Assembly (NCBI GenBank): GCA_963844865.1
Contig: CAWJPY010000008.1
Location: forward strand, 48,959-112,958
Reading direction: 5' to 3'
DNA length: 64,000 nucleotides
Source: an uncultured Holophagae bacterium
GTDB taxonomy: Bacteria; Acidobacteriota; Thermoanaerobaculia; Thermoanaerobaculales; Sulfomarinibacteraceae
The notes beneath the pieces are model-generated. The model was not told the DNA's origin. It ran no database searches and worked only from the letters and a program-made list of their open reading frames with translations. The position numbers and the translations under genes were made by a program. Shown piece by piece: positions 32,131 through 40,712 of the stretch. Every line of letters begins with the position of its first letter. The stretch's first letter is position 1.

Positions 32131-33825
32131 GTGATGAGAAAACTGATCGTGGCCGGCTGTGCCGTCCTGGTTGCTGCGAGCTGCGGAGCCCCGTCCCCTA
32201 CTCCGAGCGGCACCTCTGCCGCGCTGGATCTGCCAGCCGGTTGGAAGACCGCCGCCCAGTCCATCGCTGCCGAGCAGATGCTCCTCGATGTCACCCGGCT
32301 CGCCAGCGACGACTTCGAAGGGCGGCTGCCGGGCACCGAGGGTGATCGCCGCGCCCGCGCCTACCTCACCGACCGCCTGCGGGGGATGGGCTACGGGCCC
32401 GCCTTCGCCGACGGCAGCTACGAGCAGCCGGTCCCCATCGTGGGCCTCACCTCGAAGATGCCGGATGAGTGGACCTTCCACGGCCCCGACGGCGCCGGGG
32501 TGAGCTTCCCCTTCGGGGACTCCTACATGGGCGCGTCCGGCGTGCAGCAGGACCAGGTCGCCATCGACGACGCCCAGGTGGTCTTCGTGGGCTACGGCAT
32601 CCAGGCGCCCGAGGAGGGCTGGGACGACTACAAGGGGGCTGACCTGAAGGGCAAGGTCCTCCTCATGCTCAACGACGACCCGGACTGGGACCCCGACCTC
32701 TTCGCCGGCGAGCGCAAGCTCTACTACGGCCGCTGGGACTACAAGTACGAAAGCGCCGCCCGCCAGGGCGCCGCGGCCGCCGTCATCATCCACACCACGC
32801 CGTCCGCGGGGTACCCCTGGGAGGTCGTCCGCACCGGCTGGAGCGGTGAACAGTTCGAGCTCGCCGCCGGGGACGAGCCGCGTCTCCAGCTCAAGGCGTG
32901 GCTGACCGAGGACGCCGCTCGCCGACTGGTCGCGCTGACCGGCCACGACCTCGATGCCCTCATCGAGGCGGCCCACACCCGTGGCTTCGAGCCCGTCGCG
33001 CTCGGCGCCACCACCTCCATCCACTTCCCCGTGCAGGTGAAGCAGACCGCGAGCGCCAACGTCGGCGGCCTCCTGCGCGGATCAGATCCCGAGGTGGCCG
33101 ACCAGGTGGTGGTCTTCTCGGCCCACCACGACCACTTCGGCATCGGCCGTCCCGATGACACCGGCGACGCGATCTACAACGGGGCCCTGGACAACGGGGT
33201 CGCCATGGCCGAGGGGCTGGCCGTGGCCAACGCCTTCACCAAGCTCCCCGAGCCGCCCCGGCGGAGCATCCTGGTGCTCTTCGTGGCCGCGGAGGAGCAG
33301 GGGCTCCTGGGCTCGAGCTACTTCGTACACAGCGGCGCCTACGAGCCCGCGAAGATGGTCGCGGACGTCAACTTCGAGCTCGGCAACGTGTGGGGCAAGA
33401 CCAAGGACGTCATGGTCTACGGTCTCGGCAAGTCCTCCCTGGACGACCTGGTGACGGCGGCCGCTCGGCGCCAGGACAGGGTGGTCACGGCCGAGCAGGA
33501 CGTCCACGCCGGCTGGTTCTACCGCTCCGACCAGCTCAGCTTCGCCCAGGTCGGCGTGCCCGCCATCTGGTTCAAGTCGGGCGTCGACTTCGTCGGCCGG
33601 CCGGCAGGCTGGGGCGAGGCCCGCTACGCGGAGTGGATCGACAAGCACTACCACCGGCCCAGCGACGAAGTCCGCCCCGACTGGGTTCTGGACGGCCTCG
33701 TGGAGGACGCCCGCCTGGCCTTCGCCGTCGGGGCCTCGGTGGCCACCAGCGACCAGACTCCCACCTGGAACCGGGGGGACGAGTTCGAGGCCGAGCGTCT
33801 GCAGTCTCTAGGAGCGGCAGAGTAG
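32131..33825 (+). CDS. M28 family metallopeptidase with PA domain, probable lipoprotein
   Basis: Lipobox-like VAASC; SAHHDH, GALDNG, AEEQGLLGS, RSDQ, YHRPSD. Confidence 0.92.
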   Translation: MMRKLIVAGCAVLVAASCGAPSPTPSGTSAALDLPAGWKTAAQSIAAEQMLLDVTRLASDDFEGRLPGTEGDRRARAYLTDRLRGMGYGPAFADGSYEQPVPIVGLTSKMPDEWTFHGPDGAGVSFPFGDSYMGASGVQQDQVAIDDAQVVFVGYGIQAPEEGWDDYKGADLKGKVLLMLNDDPDWDPDLFAGERKLYYGRWDYKYESAARQGAAAAVIIHTTPSAGYPWEVVRTGWSGEQFELAAGDEPRLQLKAWLTEDAARRLVALTGHDLDALIEAAHTRGFEPVALGATTSIHFPVQVKQTASANVGGLLRGSDPEVADQVVVFSAHHDHFGIGRPDDTGDAIYNGALDNGVAMAEGLAVANAFTKLPEPPRRSILVLFVAAEEQGLLGSSYFVHSGAYEPAKMVADVNFELGNVWGKTKDVMVYGLGKSSLDDLVTAAARRQDRVVTAEQDVHAGWFYRSDQLSFAQVGVPAIWFKSGVDFVGRPAGWGEARYAEWIDKHYHRPSDEVRPDWVLDGLVEDARLAFAVGASVATSDQTPTWNRGDEFEAERLQSLGAAE

Positions 33826-33864
33826 CTCCCATCCGCGCCCGCAGTCGGAGGCGGTGACGGCGCC

Positions 33865-34005
33865 CGACGCGCCGCGGTATCTCACGCTTCGGGCACGGGA
33901 GAGGGCGAGCCAGGCACCGTGGAAGATGCAGCGCACGGGCTTCTCGGAGCAGTCGCGACGGTGCCTGGCACGCTCTCTGGTGCTCCCGAGTCCTCACGCC
34001 CCTGA
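33865..34005. repeat. Dispersed hairpin element, copy 2
   Basis: Perfect 12-bp stem GCCAGGCACCGT/ACGGTGCCTGGC (33909-33969); homologous to 14225-14365. Confidence 0.75.
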
Positions 34006-34045
34006 GCGTGCTGCCCCGCTTGGTGCTCGCCGTCCCTGCGATCCG

Positions 34046-34216
34046 TCAGTCGCCGGCGCCACCCTCGTCGGAACGGTACTCGAGGAGGTCTCCCGGCGTG
34101 CACTCGAGCACCCGGCAGAGGCTGTCCAGGGTCGAGAAACGGATCGCCCGCGCCTTGCCGGTCTTCAGGACGGAGAGGTTCTGGGGCGAGGTCCCGTCCC
34201 GGTGGGCGAGCTGCAG
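34046..34216 (-). pseudogene. 5'-truncated Cro/C1-type HTH regulator (YozG-like)
   Basis: PQNLSVLKTGKARAIRFSTLDSLCRVLECTPGDLLEY; N-terminal helices and a start codon are missing. Confidence 0.75.
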
Positions 34217-34226
34217 CGGCAGTCCG

Positions 34227-35486
34227 TCAGCCCAGGAAGGCCAGCGCCGTCGCCCCCGCCGCCCACAGGCCACGCAGACCCAGCGCCACACACACCGCCA
34301 CCACCCCACCCATCACCACGTTCTGGGCCGTCGTGTTCACGCCGTCGTCCCCGAGGAGCGCACGGTCGTTCATGGTCAGCCACAGGAAGACCGCGATGAG
34401 GGGGAGGATCAGGCCGTTGAACGCCTGGGCCACGATGATCACCGGGATGGGTCGCACGCCCGTCACGCCGAAGAGCACGCCCGCCGCCAGCACCCCCACC
34501 CACACCGCCCGGTAGCGGGCCGAGCCCTCCGACCAGTCCCCACGTCCCCCACCCCCCAGCAGCGCGCGGGATGCCAGGGCCGCCGCCAGGGGCGCGGTGA
34601 TCGCCGAGGTGAAGCCGGCGGCGAACAGGCCCACGGCCAGCGACGCCTCGGCGCCGCTCCCCAGCCGCGTCGCCAGCACCGCGCCCAGGCGCTCGTACTC
34701 GAGCCCGCCGCCGAGGGCGGTGCCCACCACCAGGACGCCGAGGGAGATGAGCCCTCCGCCCACCACCGCCACGGCCAGCCCCCAGCGCATCTCCCCGAGG
34801 TCGTGGTCCCGGGCCAGGGCCGAGCCCAGGAACAGGTTGTAGGGCACCACCGTGGTCCCCACCAGGCCGAGCACGAGCAGGGTCGAGCCGTCCGGAATGC
34901 GCGGGACCAGCAGCCCGGACAGGAGCTCGCCCGCCGACGGTCCGAGGCGCATCGCGGTGAGGAGGAAGGCGACGCCCATCACCGCCACCAGGGCGCCCAG
35001 GCTGCGGGCGATCCAGCGCGTGCTCCCAGTAGCCAGCAGGGCTGCCGCCCCCGCTCCGCAGAGGAGCGTCAGCAGCGCCGGAGAGGCTGGCAGCAGCAGA
35101 CGCATGCCCGCCACCCCGCCGAGCAGGTTGCCCGCCTCGTAGGCCGCGCAGCCCAGGACCACGCCGGTGGCGACCAGGGCCGGCACCCACCCGGCCCTTC
35201 CGGCGCCGCGGAAGCGCTCCCTGATGGCCTGGCCCAGCTCCTGGCCCGTGAGCACCGTGACGCGGCCCGACGCCTCCTGCAGCACCAGGCACGCGATGGT
35301 GGAGAAGAGCAGCGCCCACGCCAGCGCCAGGCCGAAATCGCTGCCCGCGCGAGCCGCCGTGGTCACCGTGCCGGGGCCGATGAAGGCCGCGGCGATCACC
35401 GACCAGAAGAGCAGGTTGAGGAGGCGCGCGGAGACGCCGCCGCCGCGGGCTCCCCGCCCCGCCGCGGGCGACGGCCTCGAGCTCAC
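34227..35486 (-). CDS. NRAMP-superfamily transporter
   Basis: AAFIGPGTVTT, LQEASGRV, CAAYEAGN, GTTVVPYNLF; about 11 TM helices. Confidence 0.88.
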   Translation of the reverse strand: MSSRPSPAAGRGARGGGVSARLLNLLFWSVIAAAFIGPGTVTTAARAGSDFGLALAWALLFSTIACLVLQEASGRVTVLTGQELGQAIRERFRGAGRAGWVPALVATGVVLGCAAYEAGNLLGGVAGMRLLLPASPALLTLLCGAGAAALLATGSTRWIARSLGALVAVMGVAFLLTAMRLGPSAGELLSGLLVPRIPDGSTLLVLGLVGTTVVPYNLFLGSALARDHDLGEMRWGLAVAVVGGGLISLGVLVVGTALGGGLEYERLGAVLATRLGSGAEASLAVGLFAAGFTSAITAPLAAALASRALLGGGGRGDWSEGSARYRAVWVGVLAAGVLFGVTGVRPIPVIIVAQAFNGLILPLIAVFLWLTMNDRALLGDDGVNTTAQNVVMGGVVAVCVALGLRGLWAAGATALAFLG

Positions 35487-36574
35487 CGTCCCTTGCCGGT
35501 CACCAGGTAGGTGGCGAAGCTGCCCAGCCAGTGGCCGCCCTCGTAGTGCTCACCGGTGACCCCGGCGAGACCGGCCGCGCGGTGGATGTCGGCGGCGGCG
35601 AGGAGGGCCGGCCGGTGCGGGTCCTTCTCCGGCAGCCCGCCCGCGATCCCCTCCAGCATCCAGGCCCGGCTCAGGTTGAGGCCGTCGAGGTGGGCGAGCT
35701 TGCCGTCGGACCGGTCGGTGACCACCCCGATGGGCAGCCAGTCCGCCCCCCCGAGGTGGGGATCTGGGGCAGGAAGCGGGTCAACCAGTCTGCGTACTGC
35801 TCGGGCGGCAGGACGCGCCGCATGAGGTCGGCCTCGGCGATGCACGGCGACAGGAAGTCCTCCCCCGAGGGCTCGTAGCTCAGCGGACAGCCCACGTCCT
35901 CGAGGTAGAAGCGCCGCGCCGCGCCCGACACCAGGTCCCTCATGTCCTGATCGCCCACCGTCGCCGCCCAGTCGAGCACCAGGCCGAAGGCGAAGGCGGT
36001 CTGGTTGTGCTCGCCGGTGCGGATCGGGTAGTGGAGCTTGGGCAGCCAGGTGCGCAGGTGGTTGGCCGCCTCCTGCTCCAGGGGCGCGAGGGTGGCGGAC
36101 CACTGCCGGGCCTGCTCGTCGTCCCAGGAGTGGAGCTCGTCGGCCAGGCAGAGCAGCCAGGCGAGGCCGTAGGGCCGCTCGAAGGACGCCCGTCCCTCCC
36201 CCTGCATGTAGCGCACCTCGGCGGCGATGTTGTCCGGTGTGAAGCTCTTGGCCAGCTCGGCGCGCGCTTCGGGCACGAAGGCCGCATCGGGATAGAGCTT
36301 GGCCAGACGCACCAGCAGCCAGTGGCCGTGCACCGAGCTGTGCCAGTCGAAGCAGCCGTAGAAGGCGGGGGTGAGCTGCCGCGGCGTGCCCAGGTCGGCA
36401 TCCGAGGACATGACGTGGCCGATCTTGTTGGGGTACTCCTGGTGCAGGCACTTCAGGGCCAGGCCGGCGAAGCGCTCCACCGCCGCCGCATCCAGGGTGT
36501 CGCCGCCCCCCGCCAGGGCGACCATGGGGAAGGCCAGCAGTGCGGTGATCATCAGCAGGGCCTTCACTTCGCAC
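35483..36574 (-). CDS. DUF2891-family secreted protein (frameshift near 35770)
   Basis: QEYPNK, PAFYGCFDWHSSVHGHW, FERPYGLAW, HLDGLNLSRAW, HYEGGHWL. Confidence 0.85.
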   Translation of the reverse strand: MRSEGPADDHRTAGLPHGRPGGGRRHPGCGGGGALRRPGPEVPAPGVPQQDRPRHVLGCRPGHAAAAHPRLLRLLRLAQLGARPLAAGASGQALSRCGLRARSARRAGQELHTGQHRRRGALHAGGGTGVLRAALRPRLAALPGRRAPLLGRRAGPAVVRHPRAPGAGGGQPPAHLAAQAPLPDPHRRAQPDRLRLRPGARLGGDGGRSGHEGPGVGRGAALLPRGRGLSAELRALGGGLPVAVHRRGRPHAARPAARAVRRLVDPLPAPDPHLGGADWLPIGVVTDRSDGKLAHLDGLNLSRAWMLEGIAGGLPEKDPHRPALLAAADIHRAAGLAGVTGEHYEGGHWLGSFATYLVTGKGR

Positions 36575-37214
36575 CCCCGCACAGCTCGGCGACGGACTTC
36601 ACCTTGGCGTAGGCGTACTCCATGGCGGCCAGCGCCGCGGCGTGGACCTGGGCCGCGGGCACCTTCACCCCGTTGAACTCCAGGTCCCGGGTGGCACAGG
36701 CATCGTGGACCACGGTGACCTCGTAGCCCAGGTCGGCGGCCGCGCGCACCGCCGCCTCCACGCACATGTGGGTCTGCATACCGCAGATCACCAGCTTCTT
36801 GACGCCCATCCGCTGCAGCACGGCTTGCAGGTCGGTGTCCCGGAAGGAGTTGGCGTAGTGCTTGCCGATGACCACCTCGCCCTGGGCAGGCAGCAGGTTG
36901 GGGCGCATGCGGTACGGCTCCGCGATCCCGGTGGGATCGGGCGTGTCCACGTCCTTGGGCAGGTGCTGCACCCAGATCACGGGCCGTCCCGCCGCCCGGA
37001 AGCAGCTCACCAGCTCGGCGGCCTTCGTCGCCGCCTCCTCTGGACCTACCAGGGGCATCTGGCCGCCCGGGAAGTAGAAGTTCTGGATGTCGATCACCAG
37101 CAGGGCCGCGCCGTCGAGGTCAGTGGCTGCCGCCTCTGCAGGGGTCGTGGCACCCGCGAGCACCACGCCCAGGGTCATCAGGATCATCACTACGGCACGT
37201 GCACGATGTCGCAT
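36564..37214 (-). CDS. Isochorismatase-family cysteine hydrolase with signal peptide
   Basis: LLVIDIQ (Asp), IGKHYANSF (Lys), GMQTHMCV (Cys); N-terminal Sec-type signal. Confidence 0.9.
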   Translation of the reverse strand: MRHRARAVVMILMTLGVVLAGATTPAEAAATDLDGAALLVIDIQNFYFPGGQMPLVGPEEAATKAAELVSCFRAAGRPVIWVQHLPKDVDTPDPTGIAEPYRMRPNLLPAQGEVVIGKHYANSFRDTDLQAVLQRMGVKKLVICGMQTHMCVEAAVRAAADLGYEVTVVHDACATRDLEFNGVKVPAAQVHAAALAAMEYAYAKVKSVAELCGGAK

Positions 37215-37288
37215 CGCTTCACCCTCCGGCTGCCGAGCAGTGTACCCCGGCCGCGAGCACACCCTCGCGCGCCTCCGCAGGGCGGCCC

Positions 37289-37317
37289 TTGCATCGACTC
37301 CCCTGAACCGCTAGCGT
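37289..37317 (+). promoter_or_regulatory. Sigma70-type promoter
   Basis: TTGCAT-N17-TAGCGT ending 11 nt before ATG 37328. Confidence 0.4.
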
Positions 37318-37327
37318 ACTGCCCGCC

Positions 37328-37768
37328 ATGCGCGACCGGGACGACGACCTCGAGCTCGAGCAGGAGCTGGCCGAGCTCCTCACGGCCTACGACCCTTCCA
37401 GGGCGCCTGACCCTGAGGAGTGGCTCGCTCTCGACGAGATGCAGCAGATGGCCGTCATCAGCGCCTACCATCGCCACGAGCAGGCCGGTGACGAGCCGGA
37501 GAGGGTGCGACTGCACGCCACCTTCCACGCCATCGTGGAGCGCCAGATCGCCGCGGGCGAGCCCCAAGAGACCGCCCAGACGGTGCAGCGCCTCATGAAC
37601 GAGGGCCTGACCCGCCACGACGCGATCCACGCCGTCGGCTCGGTTGTCGCCGGCATGGTGTGGGAGACGCTCCACGAGCACAAGGAAGTGAACACCGCCG
37701 AGATGATCCGTCGCATCGGCCGCCTCACCGCCGAGGAGTGGCTGGATTCGGCCGAGGACCCCAACTGA
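37328..37768 (+). CDS. Hypothetical helical protein (DUF1841-like)
   Basis: YDPSRAPDPEEWL, HATFHAIVERQI, RHDAIHAVG. Confidence 0.7.
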   Translation: MRDRDDDLELEQELAELLTAYDPSRAPDPEEWLALDEMQQMAVISAYHRHEQAGDEPERVRLHATFHAIVERQIAAGEPQETAQTVQRLMNEGLTRHDAIHAVGSVVAGMVWETLHEHKEVNTAEMIRRIGRLTAEEWLDSAEDPN

Positions 37769-37805
37769 CGCGTGGAGCCGGTGCGGGCAGAGTCGCGGTG
37801 CGCGG

Positions 37806-38675
37806 TCAGTCGCCGGGCAGGGTGCGGTCGAGGATGCTCATCAGCACCTCGAGCAGGCGCTGGCCGTCCACCGGCTGGTCCTGTCCCAGCAGCTCGTCCA
37901 GCTCGGCGTCGCGACCGGCCAGCGATCGCAGGTGCTGGAGGACCTCGGCGCTCGCGCCGTCGCGCCCCACCACGCCCATGGCCCAGGTGAGGAGCTTGAA
38001 GTCGAAGGTCACGAGCTCCCGCCGGTCGCTGATCCGGCGCAGGTGCGCGGCGAAGGTCACCATGGCCAGTAGGATCTGGGAGGCCGTCTCGGTGCCGCGG
38101 CCGTCTCCTCGCCAGGCCGCCACTCGCTCCCTGAGGTCGAAGAAGCGGACCTGCTCGTCCAGCCGGGCGGCGGAGAAGTGGGGCGCCGTCATGATGGCGT
38201 CGATCATCCGTGCCGCGCTCTCCACCCGCGCCCGCACCGCGTCGTCGTCGTGGTAGGGCGACGGCCGCAAAGCCTGGCTGAAGGGACCGATGAGCTGCCG
38301 CACCTGAATGGAGGAAAGCAGCCTCGGATCGGCCTCCGGGTCGGGTCGCGCCGCCTCCTTGGACGGTCGGGTGACCCGCCCGCCGGAGGCGGCGGCGGAA
38401 ACGGTTTCCGGGGCGTCAGAGCTTCCCATGAGCACCTCGAGTCCGGCCGTACGTTGGAGGTTTTCGACGATGCGCCCGTGGTGGACACCCAGCCGATCAC
38501 GCAGCGCATCATCCGGGAGGTCTCTGCCCCCCAGTGGCGTTCTCCGGGAGGCGACGACCGCGCCCTGGAGGAACACCGTGGTCCGGATCACCGGCTGCTC
38601 GTGGCCCGTGACCTCGGTCTGGACGTGGAACATGCGTCCAAATGCTTCCACGTTCTCGTTGATTCCGTCGACCAT
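37806..38675 (-). CDS. Hypothetical two-domain protein
   Basis: N-terminal INENV...FHVQTE...IRTTVF domain, low-complexity linker, helical C-terminal domain; start placed at ATG 38675. Confidence 0.7.
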   Translation of the reverse strand: MVDGINENVEAFGRMFHVQTEVTGHEQPVIRTTVFLQGAVVASRRTPLGGRDLPDDALRDRLGVHHGRIVENLQRTAGLEVLMGSSDAPETVSAAASGGRVTRPSKEAARPDPEADPRLLSSIQVRQLIGPFSQALRPSPYHDDDAVRARVESAARMIDAIMTAPHFSAARLDEQVRFFDLRERVAAWRGDGRGTETASQILLAMVTFAAHLRRISDRRELVTFDFKLLTWAMGVVGRDGASAEVLQHLRSLAGRDAELDELLGQDQPVDGQRLLEVLMSILDRTLPGD

Positions 38676-38973
38676 AAGCTGAACACGCCCGCCAACTATG
38701 ATGGTACCAGCACGGGCGCCCCCGCATACACGATGCGCAGCTGCCAACACCCCCGTCCGCGTCCGAGTTCCGATCCATGTCGTCCGACCCCAGGGACGGC
38801 GGCAGCGGCAGGAATCAGGGGCCGCAGCAGCGGTAGCGACCGTGCACGGCGCCAGCGGTCGCGAACAGGAACGCAGAGGCGCTGAGCCGCCCACCCGCCC
38901 CTCTCGCCTGCGGCGGGCGGCGGAACGGTCGCCCTGTGCTAGGCTCTGCCATGAGATCTCGGCTGTGAACCCC

Positions 38974-40566
38974 ATGTCGGACGGCAGCTTCGACGTCGAC
39001 TTCCTCGTTGTGGGCTCCGGCTTCGGCGGTAGCGTCGCCGCCCTGCGCCTGGCCGAGAAGGGGTACCGGGTCGCGGTGCTCGAGGCCGGCCGCCGCTGGC
39101 GGCCCGAGGACTTCCCGACCACCAACTGGGACACCCGCCGGTCCACCTGGGCTCCGTGGGCCGGCCTGTACGGTCTGCAGAGCCTGGAGCTGCTCCGCCA
39201 CGTCCTGGTGGCCCGGGGCGTCGGCGTGGGCGGCGGCAGCCTGATCTACGGCAACACCCTGTTCACGCCCCTCGACCGCTTCTTCGAAACGCCGGTGATC
39301 GCGCACCTGGGCGGCCGCGCCGCGCTGGAGCCCTACTACGACCGTGCCCGCGACATGCTGGGGGTGGTCTCCAATCCCCGCCTCTTCGAGCCGGACCTCC
39401 TCCTGCGCGAGACCGCCGCCGAGTACGGCCGGGCCGACACCTTCACTCCCAGCCCCGTGGGCGTCTTCTTCGGCGAGCCCGAGCGCACTGTCCCGGACCC
39501 TTACTTCGACGGCGCGGGCCCGGCGCGGGCCGGCTGCACCTTCTGCGGCGGCTGTTTCACCGGCTGCCGGGTCGGCGCCAAGAACTCCCTCGACCTCAAC
39601 TACCTGCACCTGGCCGAGGGGCGGGGCGCCCGGATCGTCCCCGAGACCGAGGTGATCACCATCCGCCCCCTGTCCGAGGACGGCGCGGACGGCTACCTCG
39701 CGGTGACCCGCCGGACGACCCGGCGGCGGCGTCGGGAGCGGCACTCGATCACCGCCCGCGGCGTGGTGGTGGCGGGCGGCGTGATGGGCACCCTGCGTCT
39801 CCTCCTCCGCTGCCGCCAGGAGGGCCACCTGCCCCGTCTCTCGCCCCGCGTCGGCGACTTGGTCCGCACCAACTCCGAGACCATCCTGGCGGTGCGCACG
39901 CGGGGCAGCGACATCGACTTCTCCCGCGGCCTGTCGGCCTCCTCCAGCGTGTTCCCGGACGAGCACACCCAGATCCAGGGCGACCGCTACGGGGCCGGGT
40001 CGGACCTGCTGGCCCTGCTGTCCACGTCGCTCGTCGACGGCGGCGGCCGCCTGCCCCGCTCCCTCCGGCTGGCGGGGGCCGTCGCACGCCACCCCCTGCG
40101 CCTCATGAACGCCATCCGTCCCGGCGGCTTCGCGCGCCAGACCATGCTCCTGGTGGTGATGCAGGACCACGACAACAGCCTGCGCATCGTCCGCCGGCGC
40201 TCCTGGTACTGGCCCTTCGCCCGCGGCCTGGCTTCCGAGCAGGGTTCAGGGCCCATGGCCCCGGCGTACATCCCCATCGCCAACGACTTCGCCCGCCGCC
40301 TCGCCGCCCGCACCGGCGGCCAACCCCTCAGCTCGCTGCCCGAGGTGCTCCTGAACACACCGGTGACCGCGCACATCCTGGGCGGCTGCGTCATGGCGGA
40401 GTCGCCGGAGGAGGGCGTCGTGGACCCGGAGAACCGCGTCTTCGGCTACCGCAACCTGTGGATCTGCGACGGCTCCACCATCCCGGCCAACCTGGGCGTC
40501 AATCCGGCCCTTTCCATCCTCGCATTCGCCGAGCGCGCCATGGCCATGGTCCCGCCGCGCACCTGA
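38974..40566 (+). CDS. GMC oxidoreductase (ChoD/cholesterol oxidase-like)
   Basis: VVGSGFGG, GVGGGSLIYG, CTFCGGC, TAHILGG, GVNPALSI. Confidence 0.9.
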   Translation: MSDGSFDVDFLVVGSGFGGSVAALRLAEKGYRVAVLEAGRRWRPEDFPTTNWDTRRSTWAPWAGLYGLQSLELLRHVLVARGVGVGGGSLIYGNTLFTPLDRFFETPVIAHLGGRAALEPYYDRARDMLGVVSNPRLFEPDLLLRETAAEYGRADTFTPSPVGVFFGEPERTVPDPYFDGAGPARAGCTFCGGCFTGCRVGAKNSLDLNYLHLAEGRGARIVPETEVITIRPLSEDGADGYLAVTRRTTRRRRRERHSITARGVVVAGGVMGTLRLLLRCRQEGHLPRLSPRVGDLVRTNSETILAVRTRGSDIDFSRGLSASSSVFPDEHTQIQGDRYGAGSDLLALLSTSLVDGGGRLPRSLRLAGAVARHPLRLMNAIRPGGFARQTMLLVVMQDHDNSLRIVRRRSWYWPFARGLASEQGSGPMAPAYIPIANDFARRLAARTGGQPLSSLPEVLLNTPVTAHILGGCVMAESPEEGVVDPENRVFGYRNLWICDGSTIPANLGVNPALSILAFAERAMAMVPPRT

Positions 40567-40712
40567 CACTCATCCCGGCGGCGAATGCACCCCGACGCAC
40601 GGGCGGTGTCGGATGCCCGGAATCGTGATCCCGGCTAGAATGAGGGCATCCGTAGTCTCCGGTCGCAGCTCGCCGGTCACGTGCATGGGCCGGAACATTG
40701 GAGTGGTGTCAC

